NCBI GenBank assembly: GCA_002763265.1
Contig: PEZQ01000007.1
Location: forward strand, 63,368-127,367
Origin: an archaeon CG10_big_fil_rev_8_21_14_0_10_43_11
GTDB taxonomy: Archaea; Nanobdellota; Nanobdellia; PEZQ01
DNA length: 64,000 nt
Direction of reading: 5' to 3'
Positions 9,374 to 17,789 of this stretch are shown here, one piece after another; position 1 is the stretch's first letter, and every line of letters begins with the position of its first letter. The translations under genes were made by a program, and so were the position numbers. The notes beneath the pieces are model-generated. The model was not told where the DNA came from, did not search any database, and saw only the letters and a program-made list of their open reading frames with translations.

Positions 9374-9997
9374 ATGAGTATGGCATCAAAAAAATGGCAC
9401 GCGTTGTGGACTCCGCAAAACAAAAAACGCCTGCGCGTACTCGAATTCTTCACCCGATTTCTTCTCCTTGCCATCCCGCTCTATCTTATCATGTACTCCC
9501 CACTCTCGCTTTATTTTGCTGAAGACCTTATTGCAAATATCAGCGAATACGCCCTCACTATAAGCGGAAAAGCAGTGTTGAGAAGCGAAGGGGTCGAATA
9601 CAACGGGCTTGCCATGCCCCTACTCTACGTGCAGGGCATTGAAAAAGGCGTGGGAATCGCGCGCGCATGCACGGGCTACCGCTCATTTATCGCGCTTGCT
9701 GCGCTTATCTTCGCGGTGCCGCGCATACCAAACAAGAAACGACTCTTAGGGCTCATAGTCTTTGCACCCATTCTCTTTTTTACAAACATTGTTCGGGTTG
9801 TCTCAACTATCTGGATTGGCGCAACCTTCGGGCTTGACTGGTTTGAGCTCACGCACACATTCTTGTGGAGAGAAGGGCTTATCGCGCTCATCCTGCTCAT
9901 GTGGGTGGTGTGGCTGCTTCGCGTGCAAAACATCTCGATGAGAAGCGTTTGGCGCAGGGCAAAAATGAACGTGACGGGTTTTATACAGAAAATATGA
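9374..9997 (+). CDS. Exosortase/archaeosortase-family membrane protein (short form)
   Basis: 207-aa polytopic membrane protein; ARACTGYRS followed about 35 aa later by TNIVRVVSTIW resembles the Cys-Ser/Thr-Gly and Asn-x-x-Arg signatures of the exosortase/archaeosortase (EpsH) family as recalled from memory. Start codon uncertain. Confidence 0.5.
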   Translation: MSMASKKWHALWTPQNKKRLRVLEFFTRFLLLAIPLYLIMYSPLSLYFAEDLIANISEYALTISGKAVLRSEGVEYNGLAMPLLYVQGIEKGVGIARACTGYRSFIALAALIFAVPRIPNKKRLLGLIVFAPILFFTNIVRVVSTIWIGATFGLDWFELTHTFLWREGLIALILLMWVVWLLRVQNISMRSVWRRAKMNVTGFIQKI

Positions 9998-10024
9998 AAT
10001 ACCCACGCCACATCAAAAACGAGT

Positions 10025-10879
10025 ATGAATGAAAGGGAAGCGCGTGTTGTACAGTACTTGCGAACAAACGGACCAAGCCTGCCAGTACAAGTGTCAAAAG
10101 CACTAGAAGAAAATGTGATGTTTGCTTCAGCACTGCTTGGCGGGCTTGTGGCTACAAAACAAATCAGGCTTACGCGAAAAAAAATCGGCAACTCACCGCT
10201 CTACTTTCTGCCAGAACACATTAATCACGCACGAAGAATCATTTATGACCGACTTGACCCTCGAGAAAAAGAATTAGTTGATTTTGTCACTAAAAAAGGC
10301 GTGGTGCGCGAGGACGAGCTCACCCCAACTGAGCGGTTTTTTATCAAGGACTTGGTTGATTTTTTTGAATCAGAACAAGAAAACAACCAAACGTACTGGA
10401 AAGTGCCCGGAACAAATGCAAAACCAACGCTTGAACCGCCAAAACCTCTTGTGTCAAAACCAGAGCCGAGCGCGCGAAGAGAGGAACAGCAACCCTTTAT
10501 CAAACAAGAAGCAGAACCCCACGAGGAGAAAAAACCCATCCATCTCAAAGATTCAGGTGATGATGAGTTCACGCGCAAAGTAAAACACTTCTTTGTCAAG
10601 CGGGGTATTCGCATTCTCAACACGGATGTGGTGCGAAGCAATGCGGAAATAAACTTTACTGTGCAAATCCAGGGAGACTTGATTCCCCAAACCTATTTTG
10701 TAAAAGCGCGCAAGAAAAAGAAAATCAACGACAACGACCTTATTGCTGCATGGTTTGAGGGACGAAAGCAAAAAGCACCCATACTCTATCTCGCAACAGG
10801 AGAGCTCACTAAAAAAGCGGAAAAATTCTTAAAAGAAGAGTTTGGCGAAAACTTCACGTTTCTCAAAGTAAGCGTGTAG
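10025..10879 (+). CDS. Hypothetical protein, N-terminal winged-helix-like region, acidic linker and C-terminal alpha/beta domain
   Basis: 284-aa ORF with coding-like composition; no catalytic motif recognised with confidence. Confidence 0.35.
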   Translation: MNEREARVVQYLRTNGPSLPVQVSKALEENVMFASALLGGLVATKQIRLTRKKIGNSPLYFLPEHINHARRIIYDRLDPREKELVDFVTKKGVVREDELTPTERFFIKDLVDFFESEQENNQTYWKVPGTNAKPTLEPPKPLVSKPEPSARREEQQPFIKQEAEPHEEKKPIHLKDSGDDEFTRKVKHFFVKRGIRILNTDVVRSNAEINFTVQIQGDLIPQTYFVKARKKKKINDNDLIAAWFEGRKQKAPILYLATGELTKKAEKFLKEEFGENFTFLKVSV

Positions 10880-10916
10880 AAATCTTTAAAATCCAACATG
10901 CAATGTTCTTACATTC

Positions 10917-11894
10917 ATGGAATCAGATGCCAAAATCTATGTTGCAGGACACCGCGGACTTGTAGGCTCCGCGCTTGTGCGAAAACTTGAAGAGCGGGGC
11001 TACACCAATCTTGTGTACAAAACCTCACGCGAACTTGACTTGCGACGACAAAGCAGTGTTGAAGCATTCTTTCAAAAAGAAAAACCAGAGTATGTTATCA
11101 TTTCTGCAGCAAAAGTTGGCGGCATCATGGCAAATAAACAATCACCTGCAACCTTTCTTACTGACAATCTGCTTATTGAAACTAATCTTATCAAAACCGC
11201 GTACGAGACGGGCGTAAAAAAACTATTGTTTCTTGGAAGCTCGTGCGTTTACCCAAAATTCGCGCGCCAACCCATGCGAGAAGAATACTTTCTTACCGGT
11301 CCGCTTGAGCCAACCAATGAAGGGTATTCTGTTGCAAAAATTGCGGGCATGGAACTGTGCAAACACTACCACACCCAATACGGGGCGGAATTTTTCTCAG
11401 TCATGCCCACAAACCTATATGGCCCGCACGACAATTTTGACCTCACGTCTTCGCACGTGATTCCCGCGCTCATACGCCGATTTCACGAAGCAAAAGAGCG
11501 CGCAGACAAGACCGTGACGCTTTGGGGAACGGGCAGTGCAAAGCGCGAGTTCATGCACGTGGACAGCTTGGCAGATGCGCTCGTCTACGTGATGGAACGC
11601 GTGAGTCTCGAAGACATTGCACGCCTTGACTGGGAAGAAAACGCGCCAAACAAAACCTTTGTCAACATTGGCACGGGAACTGACATCAGCATCAAAGACC
11701 TTGCCTACAAGATAAAAGACATTGTCGGCTACTCGGGACGCATTGAACACGACCTTACCAAGCCTGACGGCACGCCACGAAAACTCTTGGACGTATCAAA
11801 ACTCTCACAACTTGGCTGGAAAGCAACCATTGATTTTGACGCAGGCCTTAAACAAACCTACGCATGGTATCTTGAAAACATAGCCTCACGCTAA
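10917..11894 (+). CDS. fcl: GDP-L-fucose synthase (GDP-4-keto-6-deoxy-D-mannose 3,5-epimerase/4-reductase)
   Basis: 325 aa; N-terminal Rossmann IYVAGHRGLVGSAL; SDR catalytic region GSSCVYP...YSVAK; overall collinear with bacterial Fcl/WcaG. Confidence 0.85.
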   Translation: MESDAKIYVAGHRGLVGSALVRKLEERGYTNLVYKTSRELDLRRQSSVEAFFQKEKPEYVIISAAKVGGIMANKQSPATFLTDNLLIETNLIKTAYETGVKKLLFLGSSCVYPKFARQPMREEYFLTGPLEPTNEGYSVAKIAGMELCKHYHTQYGAEFFSVMPTNLYGPHDNFDLTSSHVIPALIRRFHEAKERADKTVTLWGTGSAKREFMHVDSLADALVYVMERVSLEDIARLDWEENAPNKTFVNIGTGTDISIKDLAYKIKDIVGYSGRIEHDLTKPDGTPRKLLDVSKLSQLGWKATIDFDAGLKQTYAWYLENIASR

Positions 11895-12015
11895 AAGACG
11901 CAAGCGCAAATGGAGAGGATACTGAAGAAGCAAAAAGGAAAGATTAAATCTTTAAGTTGAGAACGTGTAGCTGATAATAAGAGTTATATGGCTCAAAGCA
12001 TTATACGTTTTTATA

Positions 12016-12225
12016 ATGAAAGAATTTAATATAATTATTGAAAAAGGTGAAGATGGTTATTTAATTTCTGAAGTAGTTGGACTTCCTGGATGCCATACAC
12101 AAGCAAAATCTATGGATGAATTGATTAAGAGAACTAAAGAAGCAATTTCATTATATCTTAAATCCAAAGATGACTCTGTTGACGTTACAGACACGTTCAT
12201 AGGTATGCAGAAAATAGCACTATAA
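12016..12225 (+). CDS. hicB: HicB-family antitoxin
   Basis: 69-aa protein MKEFNIIIEKGEDGYLISEVVGLPGCHTQAKSMDELIKRTKEAISLYL typical of HicB/UPF0150; immediately followed by hicA with a 1-nt gap. Confidence 0.6.
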   Translation: MKEFNIIIEKGEDGYLISEVVGLPGCHTQAKSMDELIKRTKEAISLYLKSKDDSVDVTDTFIGMQKIAL

Positions 12226-12226
12226 C

Positions 12227-12454
12227 ATGTCAAAATTGCCACTTTTATCCGCTAGAGTATTCTTTAAAGTTTTAAGTAAACTTGGGTTTGAAAAGATAAG
12301 GCAAGAAGGAAGCCACGTATTTTTTAGGCATCCAGACGGAAGAACAACGGTAGTACCGAATTACCCTAGAGAAAAACTGAATCGTGGACTTCTAAATAAA
12401 ATTGTAAAGAAGGATTTGGAAATTACAAGAGATGACTTAATGAAACACGTGTAG
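12227..12454 (+). CDS. hicA: HicA-family toxin (mRNA interferase)
   Basis: 75 aa; KVLSKLGFEKIRQEGSHVFFRHPDGRTTVVPNYP matches the HicA dsRBD-like motif (GSH...H). Confidence 0.7.
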   Translation: MSKLPLLSARVFFKVLSKLGFEKIRQEGSHVFFRHPDGRTTVVPNYPREKLNRGLLNKIVKKDLEITRDDLMKHV

Positions 12455-12584
12455 ACCAACTTTTTCGATTTCGTCTAACTGGGAGAAAAAAGTTAAGGAA
12501 TAGAATACCCTATACGGGTCTAATATAGAACCATCCTATTATTAGTCTGAAAGTACACGCGCGTTGTCATGCGTGTGCGCACGC

Positions 12585-13250
12585 TTAAAGAAGGTGACGC
12601 TGTGCGCGCATCACATATTCGCGCGCCTCGTCATGGCTTAGAAGCTCAATGCTGCCTTTTTTGGCAAGCGCAGTGAGCTCTTCTTTAAGCATGGAGTGAT
12701 AGTTGTCAAAGCCTTTTAGCGCAAGAAGAGCCGATGCATTGTGGCGCGGGTCTTTGATGAATAAGAAACTTTTTTTGTCTTTTGCAAGAAAGCGCGTCCA
12801 TAACCTGTTTTCGGGAATGAGCATGACGCCAATCTTAGCACGCTCAAACGCAATTTGTTCACGCGCATTAAAAAGCAGGGTGCCAAACGCGTTTTTGCCA
12901 ACGCGTGAGCGGCGCTCTTTTGGAATAACGGTAAGGTATTCTAAAAACAGTAAGCGTTTTATAATCGCATCAAGTTTTGGAATTGATAAAAAATCTTGGA
13001 CAAAACCCGCATGGCAGTTTTGAGAAAAGAGCGCGTAGCCAATAACGTGAAACCCGTGTTCTTCGCGTTTTGCAAGCAGTAATACTTCAAACTCGTTGAG
13101 CATGGAAAAAAACGCGCGCGCGTGTTTTTTATTAAACCAGTACCACGCGGCGCGAGCTTGTGCCGGGTTTTTCGCACACGCGAAACAAGTGTTCTTGCGG
13201 TTTTTTGCAATCCGTTGCGTATTCAAGATTTTCAAAAAGCACGTGCGCAT
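12585..13250 (-). CDS. Hypothetical protein, possibly frameshifted (overlapping ORF 13132-13368 in another frame)
   Basis: 221-aa ORF; a 78-aa ORF overlaps its 5' end in a different frame, suggesting a frameshift or alternative start; no confident family assignment. Confidence 0.3.
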   Translation of the reverse strand: MRTCFLKILNTQRIAKNRKNTCFACAKNPAQARAAWYWFNKKHARAFFSMLNEFEVLLLAKREEHGFHVIGYALFSQNCHAGFVQDFLSIPKLDAIIKRLLFLEYLTVIPKERRSRVGKNAFGTLLFNAREQIAFERAKIGVMLIPENRLWTRFLAKDKKSFLFIKDPRHNASALLALKGFDNYHSMLKEELTALAKKGSIELLSHDEAREYVMRAQRHLL

Positions 13251-13400
13251 CGTGGTCGTTTTTGAAGTGAAATACGTGGTAGGGCTCGCTTTGCCATAAC
13301 CGGTTGCGTGCGCATTCGCGCTCTTTTTTCCACACGTTCATACCCGTACGTAAAGCATGTGCGCGCATATAAGAATTGTTGAAAAAAAAGGTGGGGGGTA

Positions 13401-13475
13401 TAGCGGGAGGAGGATTTGAACCTCCGACCTCAGGGTTATGAGCCCTGCGAGCACTCCAAACTGCTCTATCCCGCT
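13401..13475 (-). tRNA. Initiator tRNA-Met (anticodon CAU)
   Basis: Minus-strand AGCGGGATAGAGCAGTTTGGAGTGCTCGCAGGGCTCATAACCCTGAGGTCGGAGGTTCAAATCCTCCTCCCGCTA: A1:U72 pair and three consecutive G:C pairs in the anticodon stem (GGG/CCC) are archaeal initiator hallmarks; loop CTCATAA. Confidence 0.85.
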
Positions 13476-13556
13476 ATCAATAGGTTCTCTAAGGGCTATA
13501 CCCTCGCCGTACTTGAAACATGAAAGCTCCTTTTAAAGTTAACTGAAACGTAGACG

Positions 13557-13587
13557 TTGCACATAACGTGACTATAGTTATGTGCAA
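13557..13587. repeat. Perfect inverted repeat TTGCACATAAC-(9 nt)-GTTATGTGCAA
   Basis: Seen directly: 11-nt arms separated by a 9-nt spacer, between tRNAi-Met and the RelE-like TA pair. Confidence 0.6.
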
Positions 13588-13725
13588 AGCCCAATTCTTA
13601 ATAACTTTTTTAAATGTGAACGACCATTTTAACAAATGTGTTGAGGGATTGAGGGGGAGTCGCATGCTAATTTATAATTCTAGTATTACAAAAAAGTTTA
13701 AAAAGACTTTAGCATTCGCTAACTC

Positions 13726-13965
13726 ATGCTTATGACAAATAAATCGTTCATAGATTCAGAAGATGTGTTGGATGTTGAATTCGCGATTAAGAACGCAGAA
13801 GAATATCAAACCATTGAAGAATTAGCAAATGAGATAAAGAAAAGTAAGAAACTTGTAGAGCGAATCGTCTTTTATTTGCAAGAAAAGAACAGAGTCATAC
13901 TAAACAAGGAGAAAAAGATTATCTGGATTTACCAGCCAGAACTAATAAAAAACGCGGTGTTTTAA
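13726..13965 (+). CDS. Putative antitoxin of RelE/ParE-type TA pair
   Basis: 79-aa ORF placed 3 nt upstream of a RelE-like toxin ORF; AT-rich; assignment by context only. Confidence 0.3.
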   Translation: MLMTNKSFIDSEDVLDVEFAIKNAEEYQTIEELANEIKKSKKLVERIVFYLQEKNRVILNKEKKIIWIYQPELIKNAVF

Positions 13966-13968
13966 AAA

Positions 13969-14307
13969 ATGGCTTGGTGGGAGGATAAGGAAATAAAAGT
14001 GGGTTTCTTAAACAAAGACGTTGAAAACCAGATTGAAGAATTCAACAACAGCAGTTTCAAAGCAATATATCATAAGATACAAGAAATTAAAAAATTGTTG
14101 AAAGACAATCCAGAAATGGGAAGAAACGTTAAAAAGAAGCTCATTCCCAAAAAATATAGGGGTTTTTCAAACCTTAACATAATCAATCTCCCCGACGGTT
14201 ATAGATTATTATACACCATTGGAGGTTCTAATGATATTGAAATTGTGGGCGTTTTGCTTGTAGATTGCTTATCCCACCCTGATTATGATACACTTTTTAA
14301 TTTCTAA
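13969..14307 (+). CDS. RelE/ParE-superfamily toxin (putative)
   Basis: 112 aa; C-terminal PDGYRLLYTIGGSNDIEIVGVLLVDCLSHPDYDTLF resembles the RelE/YoeB core (YR..Y ... I.H..DY). Confidence 0.45.
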   Translation: MAWWEDKEIKVGFLNKDVENQIEEFNNSSFKAIYHKIQEIKKLLKDNPEMGRNVKKKLIPKKYRGFSNLNIINLPDGYRLLYTIGGSNDIEIVGVLLVDCLSHPDYDTLFNF

Positions 14308-14467
14308 TACTGAGCGTTCCCCCTATTTTGGTGAGTTCTCTTAATTCTTTTGATGTCATTATCCAGAATGCGTCATTACTTTCTTTTATGTAGTTGAATA
14401 CGCGGTGAATTGCGCCCAGGCAGACCCCGCAAAAGAATGTGAAAAAAAAGAGTTGGTGATGAACCGT

Positions 14468-15154
14468 TTAGAGTTGGCTCATCATTTGTTTGCGGTACAG
14501 GTAGAGTGCAGCTGCAATAATCACAACTACAATGCCCGCAAGTCCAATCCAAAGCATCCAGTTCGTGCGTGGTTCTTCTTCGCTCACGCCGGTTTGAGCA
14601 GTTACGTTCTCTTCTGCAACCGGTGCTGAGATAACATCTGCTTCTGCACAGTCTGCTTCACAGCTTGCTGTAGTCTCGCTACCTTCACAGACGCCGTCTC
14701 CGCACGTGATGGTTCGTACCGTGACGGTTTGTGCCGCGCTTTCCTGACTGACTGAAGTTGGTGTTGATTGCGCGTACAAGTAGGGTCCAAACGAATAGCT
14801 GCCTTCAGTGATTGGCGCGAGCGTGGTGTACGAAAACGTGGCGCTCGTGAGGTTTTGAAGTGACGTGTCAAATTCAACGTCAATGTTTTGTCCGACAATC
14901 GTGACAGTAACGTAATCTTGTGAGAACCCGCTTACTGACCAGTCTTGCACGCTCCAGCCGTTTGGTAGTTTGTCTGAGAGCGCGAATCCTGCGGGGCTCT
15001 CGGTTACGATGCTAACACTTATAGTCACGATTTCTCCAGATGCTGCGCGCGCGGGGCTGATGCTTCTGCTCACGCTCTCAGCGTGTGCTGCACCTATGAA
15101 TAAGAGGAGTGCGAGTGCGAATACGATTTTTTTCATGATTTTTCTATCCTCCAA
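14468..15154 (-). CDS. Secreted surface protein with C-terminal Cys cluster and single TM anchor
   Basis: Signal peptide MKKIVFALALLLFIGAAHA (from the internal Met); C-terminal CGDGVCEGSETTASCEADC then TM helix and YRKQ tail; same topology as the 541-aa protein. Overlaps the stop of the upstream 544-aa gene. Confidence 0.5.
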   Translation of the reverse strand: MEDRKIMKKIVFALALLLFIGAAHAESVSRSISPARAASGEIVTISVSIVTESPAGFALSDKLPNGWSVQDWSVSGFSQDYVTVTIVGQNIDVEFDTSLQNLTSATFSYTTLAPITEGSYSFGPYLYAQSTPTSVSQESAAQTVTVRTITCGDGVCEGSETTASCEADCAEADVISAPVAEENVTAQTGVSEEEPRTNWMLWIGLAGIVVVIIAAALYLYRKQMMSQL

Positions 15155-16778
15155 AGTATGTTTCTATTGAGTCAAAGAGTTCTCTGAGCGTGAGCGCGCT
15201 TGAACCGCTAAAGTACGAGTCTATCAGGTCAAACAAGTCTCGAAGCGTGCTTATGGTGGTTTCAAGTTTTGCAAAGATTGCAAAGTACGAGAAGCCAGGC
15301 GTTTTTGCTTCAAAGTAGTAGTTCTCGCCGTCACTGCTCACAAGGGTTGTTGGCAACGTGCTCCACGCCCCGTTGTGGAAGCGGGTGAGCCTGATTTGAT
15401 TGGTTTTGTAGCCGTTTTCTTCAAGCCATGCTTTTGGCAGCTGGAATTCTACAACTGCTTCTTCAATGTCATCGTTGCTCACACTTGACGTAAATTCAAG
15501 GTAGCGGTAGATTTCTGAGAGTCCTGCAATTGCAAAGCCTGACGTTTCAGTTGGTTCTTCAGCGAGGGTTTGCACACTTATTGTGACGTTTGTTTGCGTG
15601 TTTTTTGTGGTAATGCTCAGTGATTTAATGTTCGTGCTGCTTGCATTTTCAAATTCAAGTTTTTTAGCAAGTCCCGGCGGCACGATTGGAAGCGTTTTGT
15701 TGACTTTAACCACGTTTACTTGTGCGGGCGTGTTTTTGGTCTTGTTTGTTGCAGGCGTGCTTGTTGAAACCGTGATGGTGACTCCTGCCCCCACTGCGTA
15801 ACTGAGGCTGAAGTATTGGGTTGATGACGTGCCGTAGTTTCCTGCAGCGTCACTGCACGTTACATTGATTGCGTGCTGTCCGTTTGCAAGGTCTGAGGTG
15901 TTGACTGACGTGGCCGTGTTGTTTGTTGCCGAGCCAATCGTAGTATTTGCGCCATCAAGCGTGTAGAGGCACGTGGAAGAGGTTGATATGTCATCCACTG
16001 CCGTGAACGTGACATTAACAAGCGTGGTGTTATAGGTAAGATTCAATGGATACGTCAAGCTCACGGTTGGAGCCACTGAGTCAATTGAGAATGATGTTTT
16101 ATTATTAATGTTAGAATAAATGAAATCACCCGTGCCATCTTGCGCGTGAGCGCTCAAGAATGCAGTATAGTTTCCTGTTGTCGCAAGCGTTTCAGCAGTG
16201 AGGTTCCAGGTAATATTATAGCGAAGTTCGCCTCCCGCATACAAACCAGAATCACTATATCCCGAAACATATCCATACCCATAGCCGTTAGCGAAAGATT
16301 CGTTGTTATTACCATACGACGTTGAGCTTATGTCGTATCCATATCCGTACCCATATAGATTCGTGCTTGACGCATAACCAACCGTGTAAATTGGGTAGAT
16401 AGTAAGATTTCCGCAACCAGAAACTGCAGTACCACCCGGCGTGAACACACACGTTTTGTTGACTTGACCACTAGAAATTGTAAGTGTCAAATTCTTAACA
16501 GGTATTCGCTCACCTGCATCAATATCAACGCCAACAGTAAAGTTTACGGGGTCAAGTGCTTTGTAGGTTGACTTATCTGCAGATGATGTGACGGTGACTG
16601 CCTGAGCTGGTCCTGAAAGAATTAACAAACTGAGTATGAGAAATGATACAATGAATGGACGCAGAATTTTTTTCTTGTCTTTTTTTGCGGGTCCTAGATA
16701 GATGCTCTTAACTTTGCCATCTACTCGTGCTGACTCGTAAAGATATTCCTTCCCATTAATGGTTCGTTTGAAAGCCAT
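15144..16778 (-). CDS. Cell-surface protein with Tyr/Gly repeats and a C-terminal PGF-pre-PGF-like region
   Basis: 544 aa; hydrophobic segment ILRPFIVSFLILSLLILSGPAQA; YGYGYGY and NGYGYGY repeats; near C-terminus ...NGAWSTLPTTLVSSDGENYYFEAKTPGFSYFAIFA followed by two tandem about 14-aa repeats (LRDLFDLIDSYFSG / LRELFDSIETYFGG). Confidence 0.5.
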   Translation of the reverse strand: MAFKRTINGKEYLYESARVDGKVKSIYLGPAKKDKKKILRPFIVSFLILSLLILSGPAQAVTVTSSADKSTYKALDPVNFTVGVDIDAGERIPVKNLTLTISSGQVNKTCVFTPGGTAVSGCGNLTIYPIYTVGYASSTNLYGYGYGYDISSTSYGNNNESFANGYGYGYVSGYSDSGLYAGGELRYNITWNLTAETLATTGNYTAFLSAHAQDGTGDFIYSNINNKTSFSIDSVAPTVSLTYPLNLTYNTTLVNVTFTAVDDISTSSTCLYTLDGANTTIGSATNNTATSVNTSDLANGQHAINVTCSDAAGNYGTSSTQYFSLSYAVGAGVTITVSTSTPATNKTKNTPAQVNVVKVNKTLPIVPPGLAKKLEFENASSTNIKSLSITTKNTQTNVTISVQTLAEEPTETSGFAIAGLSEIYRYLEFTSSVSNDDIEEAVVEFQLPKAWLEENGYKTNQIRLTRFHNGAWSTLPTTLVSSDGENYYFEAKTPGFSYFAIFAKLETTISTLRDLFDLIDSYFSGSSALTLRELFDSIETYFGG

Positions 16779-16794
16779 TACTTTTCATAAGCGT

Positions 16795-16810
16795 GTTAAA
16801 TATATATAAA
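16795..16810 (-). promoter_or_regulatory. TATA-like promoter element (GTTAAATATATATAAA), second copy
   Basis: Identical 16-mer and identical 17-nt spacing to the start codon as at 8342-8357. Confidence 0.5.
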
Positions 16811-16976
16811 GCTTTTTACATTACTCAATAAGGCATTTACACTACGCTAAAAATGTGTTACACTACAGAGTGAGAACGTGTTTATTTCTTTTTCAAGTTC
16901 TTTAAGCTCGTTTATTAACCCATTCCCCTGCGTGGTGTTTTTCAAGAAATTGTGCGGCATTGAAAGTATGTAACAA

Positions 16977-17789
16977 TTAGACTGCTTCTTGTTCTTCTGC
17001 TTCCCCGCTGTTAATCAGCAAACTTGAAATCAGTATGAGCAATCCGCCCGCAATGCTTATTCCAATCCCCAAAGCTCCAATGTCTCTGGTTTTAACGTAT
17101 AAAATTGCTACACCAATGAGCGAAAGCGCTGCACTAAGAAGGTAATCCCCTTTCGTTACTTTTTTTGTCTTCTCTTCTTGTTTGACGGGATGAAAAAAGG
17201 TTGCTGCGCCAAGAATGGATATGATGATTATAGCGTATGTGAAATTTATAGATAATTCTTTGAATTCATTTACGAGAAGTAAACACAAAAAGATAAGGAT
17301 GCTTAATTGAAATGCGTAGTTTATGAGGAGTTCTGTTTTTTGTTCGTGATGAGAATATTCGTGTAATTTTGTATGTGCGTAACGTCTAGTATGTTTGAAC
17401 TGTCTTGACAGGATTATTTTTATATGGTTAACCGTATTGAGAGGTATTCTTTTTTTGAAATACGCCATAGTTTTGCCCACTGTTTTTGCAAGCGCTCGTA
17501 CGTTGCGATTGAATGAAGTGAATGTTTTTTTGAGTAGTTTGCTTATTGTTTTTACGGGTTTTATTCTGTTAAGAAAACAGCGGATACTCACTACATTCCT
17601 GTGCCGTAAACGAAAGTTTATGCGCACAGCGAGTGTGAGTGTTGCAACACCCAGCGTTAAGAGCAGTATCCGTTCTGATAGGTTTTGCAGATACGTGCTT
17701 TCTCCTTTTACAAACCAAAGAACGAGGGTTACCAAAGTTAGGCTGCTTAATGTTTCTCCTAGTATTTGTTTTATTTTTTGTTTTTCCAT
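16977..17789 (-). CDS. Hypothetical polytopic membrane protein
   Basis: 270-aa ORF with several hydrophobic helices and a basic cytoplasmic loop; overlaps the next ORF by 19 nt in a different frame. Confidence 0.35.
   Translation of the reverse strand: MEKQKIKQILGETLSSLTLVTLVLWFVKGESTYLQNLSERILLLTLGVATLTLAVRINFRLRHRNVVSIRCFLNRIKPVKTISKLLKKTFTSFNRNVRALAKTVGKTMAYFKKRIPLNTVNHIKIILSRQFKHTRRYAHTKLHEYSHHEQKTELLINYAFQLSILIFLCLLLVNEFKELSINFTYAIIIISILGAATFFHPVKQEEKTKKVTKGDYLLSAALSLIGVAILYVKTRDIGALGIGISIAGGLLILISSLLINSGEAEEQEAV

Noticed and set aside
9090-9522. Small ORFs (69-85 aa) in the 313-nt region between the XPF nuclease and the exosortase-like gene
   Set aside because: No motifs; mutually overlapping frames; kept as intergenic or 5' leader, though a small protein or ncRNA cannot be excluded.
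9676-10191. 171-aa minus-strand ORF
   Set aside because: Antisense to both the exosortase-like gene and the following gene; low-complexity translation.
11895-14460. Integrated mobile element at tRNAi-Met
   Set aside because: AT-rich with TA genes but no integrase, transposase or identifiable att direct repeat; reported as a hotspot finding rather than a mobile_element feature.
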